Origin: Eledone cirrhosa
Taxonomy: Eukaryota
Direction of reading: 5' to 3'
NCBI GenBank assembly: GCA_964016885.1
Contig: OZ024741.1
Span: 115,940,001 to 116,004,000 of the forward strand
DNA: 64,000 nt
This document shows positions 41,185 to 53,455 of the stretch, piece by piece. Within the stretch, counting starts at the first letter, position 1; each line of letters opens with the position of its first letter. Under the pieces are notes generated by a model that searched no databases, was not told the DNA's origin, and saw nothing but the letters and a program-made list of their open reading frames with translations. A program made the position numbers and the translations under genes.

Positions 41185-42883
41185 TCCCACGCGAACTAGG
41201 ATGCGGGAAATCCGAGTCGGCTTACGCCGACGACGTCACCGTGGTGCTGTCGAGCACCAGACACGTCCAGATGCTCGGCACCGCTCTCAAGTAATACTAA
41301 GCGGTGACAGGAGCAAAGATAAACCAGGAAAAGTCGGTGGGCTTGCATCTCGGCACCTGGAGAGGCAAGTCCATGCCGTCCGACAGCGTCGTGGGGCGTT
41401 GGACGGACGGACCGGTTACATTGCTCGGGGTCTAGTTCGGACCGGACCTCCAGATGGAGAAAAACTGGAACGAGGTGACGAGCAGGGTGGCCTCCCTCAC
41501 CCAGAAATGGGCTGAGAGGAAGCTGTCTCTGAAGGGCCGGGCGGAGGTGGCGAATGCATACATCGCATCCGTCAACTGCTGCCACCTCACCGTCGTCCCT
41601 TGCTCCAGTCCAACTCTCACCAAAATGGAGCGCCTCTTCTTCCGCTTTTTGTGGAAGGGACGCGCTCCCATGGTCAGACGATCCATCTGCTATCAACACC
41701 CGTTGCGTGGAGGACTGGGCATGCCATGGCTGATGATGCGCAAACATGCGCTGAGGCTGCGACATCTCTGGTGCTTCCTTGATGGTAAACAGGTGTGGTC
41801 GCCGTTCGCCAGGCACGTTTTCCCACAGCTCGTCTCCTTGAAGGAGCTGCAGTCCTGGGTCAGAAAAAGACCGAGGGATAGCGCTTGGAAACTGGAATGT
41901 CTCCACGCGCTCACTGCCTTTTGCCAGCTGGGCACCAGTATCGGTGGAATATCCACCACGGCGTTCTATAGAGGACTAGTGGAGGGGAAGAGCGACGACA
42001 TTCTTGGAGAGATCCTGGGCGTCGAAGAACATCAGCTGTTTGCTCTCTTCCGGAGAACTTTCAGCCCGGGGCCTATGGATAACTTCCAAAAATCCCTGTG
42101 CTACCGGGGAGCTACCGGGGAGCGCTGCCGGTTCGAGATAAGCTCTACAGGCGCGGAAGTGCCGTCAGCCGAGCCTGTCCGAGATGCGCGCAGAGCGACG
42201 AAACCGTCGTGCACGCACTCGTTCAGTGCCCGAGCATTGCTGACTTGTGGAGCTATGTCGAACAGTTGCTGTCGCGTCTAGGACTGATCCGGCTGTCGAC
42301 TGAGTCCATTGTGCAGATGGTCTCGCCGTCTTCCCTCGAGGAGCAAAGGCAGGTGGTTTTCATCTGCCTGGTGGCTATGGCGAAAGAGATTGTTGTGTGG
42401 ACAAGGTTAAAAGGGTTAAAGACAGACACTTTCCTCTTCGGCGAATCCCTAATTAACTTTTTCAAGTTTCACTTGAAGAGGCAAATCAGGGTGGAGAGGC
42501 AAGTGCTGCCTTCTAGCAAGTTTGTTAAAAGGTGGGTGAATGTAGCGAGAATGGTCCGAGTGAACGGGACCACTCTGAATATACGTCTTGAGAGATGGAA
42601 AAATTGAGAGAGGGCGCTTGCCCTGGTGGTCAGGGTGGCCATGGCCTTTTGTGTGGTTTTCGCCACGAGTAACCCTCGGAGGTTTCCCCCCTATTGGGGA
42701 ATTTTTCATTGTTTCAATTTTCATTTTTATTGTTTATATATATATGTGTTTCTATGTACTTTTTTTTTCTTCTTTTCTTATATAAATAATAAAAAATATT
42801 TACACGCACAAAACCCACATCGTACCGTCCTGTGCCGTCTGTAATGTTTTTCTTGATGTCTGCCCTTGTGGCCAATAAAGAAA

Positions 42884-42884
<1 letters not shown>
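41185..42884 (+). mobile_element. L1/Tx1-like element, 5'-truncated (RT end, C-terminal zinc finger, 3' UTR)
   Basis: SAYADDV, KLSLKGRA, GGLGMP, CPRCAQSDETVVHALVQCP; ends CCCTTGTGGCCAATAAAGAAATC(ATT)n. Confidence 0.9.
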
Positions 42885-42915
<31 letters not shown>

Positions 42916-42921
<6 letters not shown>

Positions 42922-44885
42922 TTCCTGGACCCAGAAGGTAAGTCGGTGGTGCTGGACGTGACCGGCAGCGAAGGCAATGCTTTCAGGCTAGTAGCCGTCT
43001 ACGCCCCAACAGGGGCAGGACGGCCAGATTTCTTCAGACATCTAGAGACCTTTCTTGGAACGTCCCGCTCTTTAGTGTTAGTGGGTGACTGGAACGGTAT
43101 CTTGGATGCACGCTGGGATCGTGTGGGGCTAGTGGATAGGGGAGGAGGGTGCAAGAGCCTCACCAACCTGCTCAGACGTTTTGCACTGTCTGACAGGTAT
43201 CGACTGGATCACCCGAATGTGCCAATGTGGACATGGACAAACCGCATCGGGTCATCCAGATCGTATCTAGATAGGGTATTCTGCAGGGAACTAGATAAGG
43301 CTAGTATAAGTTGTCCACAATTTAAAATAGTCGACTACACAGACCACAAATTTGTGATCTGTGAGATCGACATAGACAGACTTCATAGACAAGGGCCTGG
43401 TTACTGGAAGCTGAACGCATCTTTCCCGGCGCGCAAGGCTTACAGAGACCGGATTAGCGTATTAGTTAAGCGGGCGTTGACGAGAGCGGTCGTCAACAAC
43501 AGGTGGTGGTTCGCCCTGAAAAGGGCAATTAAAGTAGAGTCGATTAGGTTTAGCAAAGGAGTAGTGATAGAGGAAAATAGAGTAGAGGGAGAGCTAGTCA
43601 GAAAGCTAGAAGAGGCGTTTAGGACAGGCATCGCAACCGACGTGCTTGCGGCGAGATTGGCACTCGACCAATTCTTCAACGCAAAACACGAAGGCTGCAT
43701 TGTCAGAGCTAGAGCGCGTGCTCTGAAACACGAGGGGACAAAAGCCGTCCAATGGGCCCGAGTAGCAGAGGCGCGACGTGGCAATAAAGCCACAATTCGG
43801 TCTTTGTCTGACCAAAACGGGTGCGTGATTCTCGAACCCGAGCGGATGTGTGAAGCTTTATAAATAATAAAAAGACCGAGGGATAGCGCTTGGAAACTGG
43901 AATGGCTCCAGGCGCTCACTGCCCTCTCCCAGTTGCGCACCAGTATCGGTGGAACATCCACCTCGGCGTTCTATAGAGGACTAGTGGAGGGGAAGAGCGA
44001 CGACGTTCTCGGAGAGATCCTGGGCGTCGAAGAAGATCAGCTGCTTGCTCTCTTCCGGAGAACTTTCATCCCGGGGCCTATGGATAACTTCCAAAGATCC
44101 CTGGCCTGGCAGTGCTACCGGGGAGCGCTGCCGGTTCGAGATAAGTTCTACAGGCACGGAAGTGCCGTCAGCCGAGCCTGTCTGAGATGCGCGCATAGCG
44201 ACGAAACCGTTGTGCATGCACTCGTTCAGTGCCCGAGCATTGTTCACTTGTGGAGCTATGTCGAACAGTTGCTGTCACGTGTGGGACTGATCCGGTTGTC
44301 GACTGAGTCCATTGTGCAGATGGTCTCGCCGTCTTCCTTTGAGGAGGAAGGGCAGGCGGTTTTCATCTGCCTGGTGGCCATGGCGAAAGAGATTGTGTGG
44401 TGGACAAGGTTAAAAGGATTAAAGACAAACACTTTCCTCTTCAGCGAATCCCTGATTAACTTTTTCAAGTTTCACTTGAAAAGGAAAAACAGGGTGGAGA
44501 GGCAAGTGCTGCTTTCTAGCAAGTTTGTTGAAAGGTGGGTGAATGTAGCGAGAATGGTCCGAGTGAACGGGACCATACTGAATATCTGTCTGTAGTTTGA
44601 GAGATGGAAAAATTGAGAGAGGGCGCTTGCCCTGGTAGTCAGGGTGGCCGTGGTCTTTTGTGTGGTTTTCTCCACGAGTAACCCTCGGAGGTTTCCCCCC
44701 TATTGGGGAATTTTTCATTGTTTCAATTTTCCTTTTATTGTTTATATATATATATGTTTTATGTCTTTTTTCTTTTCTTATATAAATAATAAAAATATTT
44801 ACACGCACAAAACCCACATCGTACCGTCCTGTTCCGTCTGTGATGTTTTTCTTGATGTCAGCCCTTGTGGCCAATAAAGAAATCA
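42916..44885 (+). mobile_element. L1/Tx1-like element with internal deletion (APE endonuclease joined to C-terminus)
   Basis: VAVYAP, LVGDWN, SYLDRVF, YTDH, GPGYWKLN; junction near 43865 removes the RT domain. Confidence 0.9.
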
Positions 44886-44954
44886 TTATTATTATTATAA
44901 TCTGGCCTTGTGCCAAAAGTAGAATTAATAATTATTATTATTATTATTATTATA

Positions 44955-45105
44955 TTTATGCAGTTTATTTTATAATTTGTATATCTTCATTGTTAAATTA
45001 GTCTTGCCATTGTGCACTTTTACTCGACCTTATTGTAAACCCCACTGTCCCTGTCTTTGTATTGTCCCCTACATGTCTGTTCTTGTGGCTAATAAATGAA
45101 ATCAT
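44955..45105 (+). mobile_element. Tx1-like 3' tail fragment
   Basis: ...TTCTTGTGGCTAATAAATGAAATC(ATT)n. Confidence 0.65.
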
Positions 45106-45115
45106 TATTATTATA

Positions 45116-48100
45116 ATGATTTCTTTATTGGCCACAAGGGCTGACATCAAGAAAAACATTACAGACGGCACAGGACGGTACAGGACGGTACGATGTGGGT
45201 TTTGTGCGTGTAAAGATTTTTATTATTTATATAAGAAACGAAAAAGAAAAAAGACATAGAAACATATATATATATAAACAATAAAAATGAAAAATTCCCC
45301 AATAGGGGGGAAACCTCCGAGGGTTACTCGTGGCGAAAATCACACAAAATACCACGGCCACCCTGACCACCAGGGCAAGAGCCCTCTCTCAATTTTTCCA
45401 TCTCTCAAACTACTATTAAATACGATCTGGATGACCCGATGCGGTTTGCCCATGTGCACATTGGCACATTCGGATAATCCAGTCTATACCTGTCAGACAG
45501 TTCAAAACATCTGAGCAGGTTGTTGAGACTTTTACACCCTCCTGCCCTATCTACTAACCCCACATAATCCCAGTGTGCATCTAAGATACCGTTCCAATCG
45601 CCCACTAACACTAAAGAGCGGACGTTCCAAGAATGGTCTCTAGACGTCTGAAGAAATCTGGCCGTCCAGCCCCTGCTGGGTCATAGACGGCTACTTGCTG
45701 GAAAACATTGCCTTCGCAGCACCACCGACTTACCTTCTGGGTCCAGGAAGTTGGCCCGTTTGGCGAGATGCAAGCATCTCCAAAAAAGCACGGCAACCCC
45801 TCCCTCCGATCCTGGACGTCTGGGAGATGCGATTACATCGTAGCCGCCGAAGATCGGTGCGAAGGCTCGTGCTTCGGAGATTCTGGTATCTCTGATGGCC
45901 ACCACATCTATGTTTAGTGACCTGAGGTTGTTGAGCAGATGAGCCCCAGGGCACGTACATTTATACTGCCTATTATAAGTACAGCCATGTTGGATGAGAA
46001 ACGGGGAAAGTGATAAAGGATCACTTACCTAGATAGTGTGGTGAAGGGACAGTGGAACCGTCCCTTTGGCTGGTCATGGGTGTTTCCAAGAGGATGTCGG
46101 TGTATATCCACTTGGTAACCGACCCTCTGAAGTCTCCAACAGCGTTGGGGAATTTTTGTTTTAAAAATTTGTACTGTTCTATTTTGATTTCAATGATCCT
46201 TATGTTTGTCGGGTGAGTTCTTGGTGTTGGTGGGGTGTAGTAATGTTTTACTGTGATGTCTGTGTGTTGCTTTATATGTGGTATGAGTTCTTTATTTGCC
46301 ATGTTTATGGCTGTGTACTTTTTGGGGGGAGGGGTGATTTTGTTGCTGTTTTCTTGTTGTTGCTGTTGGGTGTGTCTGTTTTGTTGTGTTTGCGATGTTG
46401 GTGTTTTTGGTAATGCTGGTGGTGGTGTGGTTGTTGTTGGTGGTGACGCTTGGGGTGGTGATGGTGATGGTGGTGCTTCAAGTCTCCTTGCAGCCTTTAC
46501 CCCTCTTTGTCTGCCTTCGTTTTTGTAGGGTGAATCTAAAGGGTTTTTCCTCTTTTGTTTTTTTGTGGCAGACCGTTTGCCACCTCCCTCCCGCCTCATA
46601 CTCCATGTCAGATTCCGTGGCGTCCGGGAGGGGTATGAGCTCCACTGCTGTTGGTGGTGGTAGTGGAGCCAACACCGAGGATTTGCCGCCGGTGTGGCTA
46701 CTGTGACTGTTGGTGTTGCCTCCACTGCTGCCGCTGCTTTAGTTGTCCGTGGCCTTGGTATGGGTGCCACAGACGTTGCCCTCCTACTCACCATGGAAGG
46801 GTCTTCTGCCTCTGTTGCCTGCCCTGCTCTTGGTAGTAGCGCATCAGGCGTCGGGAGGAGGGGGGGGGGGCGGCTTATATTGGCTGTCTTCTGCGGGCAG
46901 AAGGCCCTGAGGTAACCCTTCTTCCCACAGAGATAGCACTTTGGGCGCCTTCCTTCCATGCTTATAGGGAGTTGGAGCCCTTCTTCGGGGTCTATGATGT
47001 CTGGGGTGGCCTCGATGCATTCTTGGTCAGTATGTATTAGCATTTGCATGCATATTCCTGACCAGTTCTCTCTTCCCATTCTCTGTATTTGCAGTATGGT
47101 GGTCTTCTCCTCGATTCCAGCCAGTACAGACGCGGCCAGCCTAGGTATGGGCACGGCGGGCGGGACCTGGGTCACTTTGACCCTCACAATTTTCTGCTCG
47201 CAGTAGGAGGGCACCAAGACTATCTCCTCACTCTTTAGGGTTTCCAAAGAGTGAGACTTCGTCTCTTGCGGGGTGGCGAAAAGTACGTCTACTGTGGCGT
47301 ACTTTATACCTCGGGTGATGTGGGTTTTTCGCGCCCAGACGCAGCCTAAGGCCTTTTGGATTTGAGCCTCCGTGGCTTTCCACCCGATGTGAAATTTTGC
47401 TTACGGTGCGGTAAGTAACCGTGCGCAGCTGCTGGTCTTTGAAGAAATCGGGTGGAGGTTTCAGGGAAACTCTATTGTCGTTTCTCGACACCATGGCTAT
47501 TGCGTCTGCCATCTCTTCCTCCGTGACTAGCACTGTCTCTATATTTCGGGCCACACCTGCGAAAGAAGTAGCCCCTTTTTCAGCGCCACCCTTATTGCTG
47601 CCGCTACTGGTCTTTTTGTTGGTGCTGTTGCTGTTGCTACTGCTACAAACGGTGTTGTTGGTGTTGTTGCTGTTATCACTGTTGTAGTTGGTTGTGTTTT
47701 TGGTGCCACCGTTGTTGTCATTTTCGGTGCAATTTGTATTGTTGCTGTTGGTGTTGTCGTTGTTTATTTTCTTGTTAGTGGTGTTAATATCGTTGTTGCA
47801 TTTGTTGTCATTTTTTCTGTTATCTGTATTTTGGTTGACGCTGTTATTGTTGTAGTTGGTGTGGTAATCTTTTCAAAATTAGTGTTCTCAGTGTTGTCTT
47901 TGTTCACGTTGTATGTGGTGGTGTCCGTTGTATGAGTTTCACTAACCCTCCTCTCAACTTTTACGCTGTTGTCACACGACAGCCGACATATTGCTGGGGT
48001 GTATGGCTCAGCCATGTTTCTTTTATTCAAATAATTTTTAAAAGTAAAATGTTCAAATATTTGGGCCAAAAAGCCCAAATATTATACTTTCCCCTTCACA

Positions 48101-48218
48101 ATCAAAGTCTAAGGGCTTATATCCCTTACACAGCAAGAAATATTTAACAACAAATAATTTTAACAGGCAAATAAAGCGACTTACTGGGAGCGATCAAAAA
48201 TAGGTCCGAACAGACCGA
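45116..48218 (-). mobile_element. L1/Tx1-like internally deleted element (5' UTR, ORF1, endonuclease start, 3' UTR)
   Basis: ORF1 knuckle RPKCYLCGKKGYLRAFCP (46021-47247); endonuclease remnants GGVAVL, VGDWN; jump to 3' UTR near 45415. Confidence 0.88.
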
Positions 48219-48240
48219 TAATAATAATAATAATAATAAT

Positions 48241-51200
48241 GCTTTCTTTATTAACCACAAGGGTTTACATAAAGTAGACATTAAGGACAGTACAGGACAA
48301 TACAGAACGGTACAAATGGGCATTTCTGCGTGTAAAAAAACTAGAACAGAGGATGTAACAAAAAAATAACAATGAAAAATTCCCCAATGGGGGGGGAGAC
48401 TTCCGAGGGACATTTGTGGAGAAAGCCCATTAAATGGTCACAGTGAGCCTGACCACCAGGGCAAGTGCCCTCTCACAGTTTTCCACCTTTAATTTACAGA
48501 CACATACTCAGAGTAGGCCCATTCACTCGGGCCATTCTTGCCTCTCTCACCCATCTTTCAACAAAATTCTGGGAAGAGAGCACTTCCCTCTCTATCCTGA
48601 TTTTCCTTTTCAAATGAAATTTGAAAATGTTAATCAGGGAATCACTGAAGAGGTAAGTGGTCGTCTTCAGCCCTTTCAAACGTGTCCACCATACTATCTC
48701 TTTCGCCATGGCCACCAGACAGCTAAAAACTGCCTGCCCTTCCCGGATAAAGGAAGAGGGCAGGGCAATCCTCACGATGGACTCAGCTGATAGCTGGATC
48801 CGTCCTACACGCGACAGCAGGTGTTCGACATAAACCCATAAGTCAACAATGCTGGACGAGTGCGTGCAGGACGGTTTCGTCGCCCTGCGCGCATCTCGGA
48901 CATACCCGGCTGGCGGCACCTCCATGCCTTTAGAGTTTATCCCGAACTGGCAAAACTCCTCGGTAGCACTACCAGGCCAGGGATTTCTGGAAGTTGTCCA
49001 TAGGCCCCGGCCCGGAAATTATTCCGAAGAGATTGGCTAGTTGATTTTCGTCGACGCCTAGAGTTTCTCCAAGTACGTCGTCGCTCTTCCCCCTCCACTA
49101 ATCCCCTATAGAACGCCAAGGTGGAGTTTCCACCGATCACATTGCCCGATTGGTCGAGGGCTGTGAGCGCTTGAAGACATTCCAGTCTCCAAGCACCCCC
49201 TCTCGGTCTTCGCTTGACCCAGGACTGCAGCTCCGTCAAGGAGACGAGCTGGGGAAAGACGCGTCTAGCAAACGGCGACCACACTTGATCACCGTTGGGG
49301 AAGAGGTGGAGATGTCGTTCCTGAGCGCGTGTCTGCGCATCATCAGCCACGGCATGGCCAGCCCTCCACGAAGCGGGTGTTGACAGCAGATGGAACTCCT
49401 GACCATCGAAGCGCGTCCCTTCCACAAAAAGCGAAAGAGCAAACGTTCCAGCGCAATCAGGCGGGGCTTAGGACAAGGTACGACGGTCAGGCGGTAGCAG
49501 ATGATGGAGCAGGGGGCCTGATTTATTCCATCCCCGCTCGACCTTTCAGGGATAGCTTCCTCTCCGCCCATTTCAGGGTGAGAGAAGCCACCCTGCTCGT
49601 CACCTCGTCCGAGTTTTTGTCTGTCTGGAGGTCCGGACCGAACCAGACCCCTAGCAATTTAACCGGTCCGTCCGTCCAGCGCCCGACGACGCTGTTGGAC
49701 CGCATGGACCTGCCTCTCCAGGTGCCGAGCTGCAGGCCCACTGACTTTTCCTGGTTGATCATTGCTCCTGTCACTGCTTCGTATTCTCTTAGTGTAGTGC
49801 CGATCGCCTCGATGTGTTTGGCGTTCGACATGACTACGGTGACATTGTCCGTATATGCTGACACGGATCTTCCGCATCCTAGTTCGCGCGGGACCCCCTC
49901 AACGTCTCCAGTTTGTACAGTAATGGCTCGAGAGTCAATACATACAAGAGGGACAAGAGGGGACATCCTTGGCGGACCGAGCGCATGATGATGAACGGTT
50001 CCGAAAGGTGACCGTTCACTCTCACCACAGAGCAGATATCACTGTGCATGGCAGCGATCGAGCCTCTGAAGACGGGCCCAAAGCCAGCCGCCTCAGGACT
50101 GCCTCTAGGTAACGATGGTCGACCCTATCGAAAGCATTCGACTGATCTAAATTGATCAAGGACCTACCCGTGCCAGGTTCCCTAGCTACCCTCTCCACGA
50201 TGTATCGCACGAGGTGGAGGTTGTCGTAGATCGATCTGTCTGGAATGGAGCATGTCTGCGCCTCTCCCACCAGACCACCAGCGACAAGCGACAACCTCTT
50301 TGCTAGCACCTTGGAAAAAATCTTCAACTCTGTGTTTAGCAGAGTTATGGGCCTGAAATTGTCTATGTTATCCCCCTTGTTCGGATCCTTTCTCAGCAGC
50401 GCCATCGCTCCTCGGCTCACAGAGCTGGGAATTCTCCCGTTCTGTTGCCAGTTGCAGTAGACGTCCGCCAAGAGGCCCCCGAACAAGTCTGGCATCTGTA
50501 CGTAAAATTCATAGGGCATACCATCCAAACAAGGTGATTTACCCCTTGTGCAGCCAGTCATTGTGTCCCGTACTTCAGCGGCTGTTATCGGCTTTTCGCA
50601 ACACTCCGCCCCAGTGGCCGAGAGCCGCGGCAGTCCGTCGAGATAGACACTAAAGTCCATCCCCCGATCCGGCCCGCCGCTGCCCCCGAACAGCTGAGCG
50701 AAGTGTCGCTGAAAAGCTTCACACATTTGCCCGGGATCGAGTAGCATGCGCCTGTCGTGGTCCACCAAAGACCGGATCGTGTGCTTTGTTGCCACGACGC
50801 GCCTCCGCAACGCGGGCCCATTGAACGGCTTTCGTCCTCTCGTGTCTGAGATCACGCACCCTATCTCTGACAACGCAGCCTTCGTGCTTTGCATTGAAGA
50901 ATTTCGCCGCAAGTACGTCGGTCGCGATGCCTTTGCTAAGCGCCTCGTCTAATGTTTTAACTAGTTCTCCCTCTGCTCTATTTTCTCTATTGCTAAAGCC
51001 TAACTAAACCTAATGGACTCTATTCTAATCGCTCTTTTCAGAGCAAACCACCACTTGTTGTTGACGATGGCCTCCGTCAACTCCCGCTTAACTAGTTCGC
51101 TAATCCAGTCTCTGTAGGCCTTGCGCGCTGGTAAGGACGCATTTAGCTTCCAGTAGCCGGTCCTCGTCTATGAAGCCTATCTAAGTCAAGCACACAGATC

Positions 51201-53419
51201 ACGAATTTGTGGTCTGTGTAGCTGACTATCTTGAATTGTGGATAGCCTATGCTAGATCTATCTATTTCCTTACAAATTACTCTATCTAGATATGATCTGG
51301 ATGACTTGATGCGGTTTGTCCAAGTCCACATTGGCACATTCGGGAAATCCAATCGGTACCTGTCAGACAGTTCAAAACGCCTGAGCGAAAGCTTGCCCGT
51401 GTAATTTTTGTTTTAGTGTCGTATACGTTTTCTGTGTGATGCGAGTGATTTGTATGTGTGGAGGTAGTGTGAACTTTTGGGGTGTTGTGTAGTCTTTTTC
51501 TGTGATGCTGGTGTTGTGTTGGATGTAGTGTAATAGTTGGTTGTTAAAATTTAATGCTGTAGTGTGTATCGTTTTGGTTGTTTTGTTTTGTTTGCTTTTG
51601 TTGTGGGTTTGTTTCTGTTTCGCTTTTTGGTGACTTTTGTGGTGTTGGTGGTGGTGGTGTTGGGGTTAATGATGGTTATGGTGTTGGTGTTTGTGGTGAT
51701 GGGGTTGGTGATGCTGGTGTGGATGGTGACATAGCTGTCCTAACTTTTTTGTTTGATAGTTTATTTGTTTCCTTCTGTATTTTGTTTTTGGAGGGGGAAG
51801 GAAGGGGATTTTTTCTTTTTTGGTTTCTTTTCTTTTCTTTTTTTCTTTTTTCCTGATACCGTTTCCCACTCCTCATCGTCACAATCTGTCTCCAGTTGCG
51901 ATAGGTCGGGAAGTGGAAAATCATCCACAGGCGTTGTTTTTTGTTGTGGCGTGGTTGATGGTGTAGGAGCTGGTTCTAGTTCTGGCGCGTTGGGTAGTGG
52001 TGGTGTTGGTTTTGCTACTGTTGCTGGAGTTGTTGCTGCTACAGTTGCTTCTGTTTTTGCTGCCATTTCTACTGCTGGTGGTGTTGATATTTGAGTCACT
52101 GTGATGGGTAAGAGAAGTGGCCTCAACCTTTTAGCTTGAAGGCAGAAAGCCCTTAGGTGGGTTCCTTCACCACAAACGACCCACCTAGGCCTTCTACCCT
52201 CGATGATTACGGTGAGGTGGCTGCCGTCAGTGAGGTCTATTACCTCTGGGATCTCCTCAATGCTTCTTTGCTCCGCTTGGATCAGGAGCTCATCCCAGAT
52301 CCGGACCAGTCTCCTACTTTTCTTTTGCTATTTCGATTATCTTGGTGTTGGCCTCGATGCCGGCGAGGACGGCAGCCATTAGCTAGGGAATGTTGATGGC
52401 CTGCTGGAACGTGGGTCACCCTGATCTTCATGAGTTTCTGGCCACAATAGCATGGGACGAGTGTGAAGTCGTCGCTTCTTAACTGTGCCATGGAGTGCTC
52501 TCTAGCCTCCTGTGGTGTTCCAAAGAACACGTCCACGGTTCCATATTTCTACCCACGTCTGATGTGGGTTTTCTTTCGCCCACACATGTCCCAAAGCTTT
52601 TTGGATTTGGGACAAGGATGCCCGTTCCACTCGGCGCGATTTTATGTTAATTGCCCGATAAGACACGGTGCATAGGCGCCGACGCTCCATTTTATTTGGT
52701 GGGGGGGGGCTGACCCTGTACCCATCTTTCTTTACCATTCTCTTGGCTTCATCTAATTCCTCCTGAGTTACCTGGATTGTTTCGCACTTTTTCGCTGCTT
52801 TGGCAATCGACACGGTGTTGTTATTCTCATTGCTGTTGTTGCTGTTGTTGTTATTGTTATTTTTGTTATTGTTATTTTTAGTTTTAGTTGTGATGGTGGT
52901 GGCGTCAGTTGTATTCGGTGTGGAAGAGTTGATTCTGGGTGAATCCATTTCGATATCACGAGATAATTTATTTTTTTCTTTTATTTCTGTTGTCGCTGTG
53001 GTGGGGTGGAGGTGGCGGCTTCAACACCTGCAGTCATTGGTAATGGCGGCAAATGAATGTCTGCATGAGACAAATTTAAATTATTGCTACTGCCTAAATT
53101 TTTAGTGTTGGCAAACGTAGTAATATTTACAATGGTGGTGTTGGTGTGAGGTGTTAGTTTGTGATGAAGGCTCTCAGCTGCTTTGTGTAGTTGTGAGTTG
53201 TCCATGAATTTTTTAAAAGAAATTTTTTGTTTGAAAATTATAAAAGTTTAAATTTGGGGCTCAAGGCCCCAATCTTTTTGAGTGTCCTTTTCCGAAAGCA
53301 AATTTTGTGACTTTATAAACAGTTAACAACAAAGATTTCCATATATGGCAATTTTAAACAAACGAAAACAACAAACCTTTGCGGAGCTCACGATGATACG
53401 ATTTCCTACGGAGGTCGCC

Positions 53420-53420
<1 letters not shown>
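48241..53420 (-). mobile_element. L1/Tx1-like element, near full length, decayed
   Basis: ORF1 remnants 51400-53205; endonuclease SYLDRV/YTDH; RT NFRPITLLN, LDQSNAFDRV, AYTD; C-terminus and 3' UTR. Confidence 0.9.
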
Positions 53421-53452
<32 letters not shown>

Positions 53453-53455
<3 letters not shown>

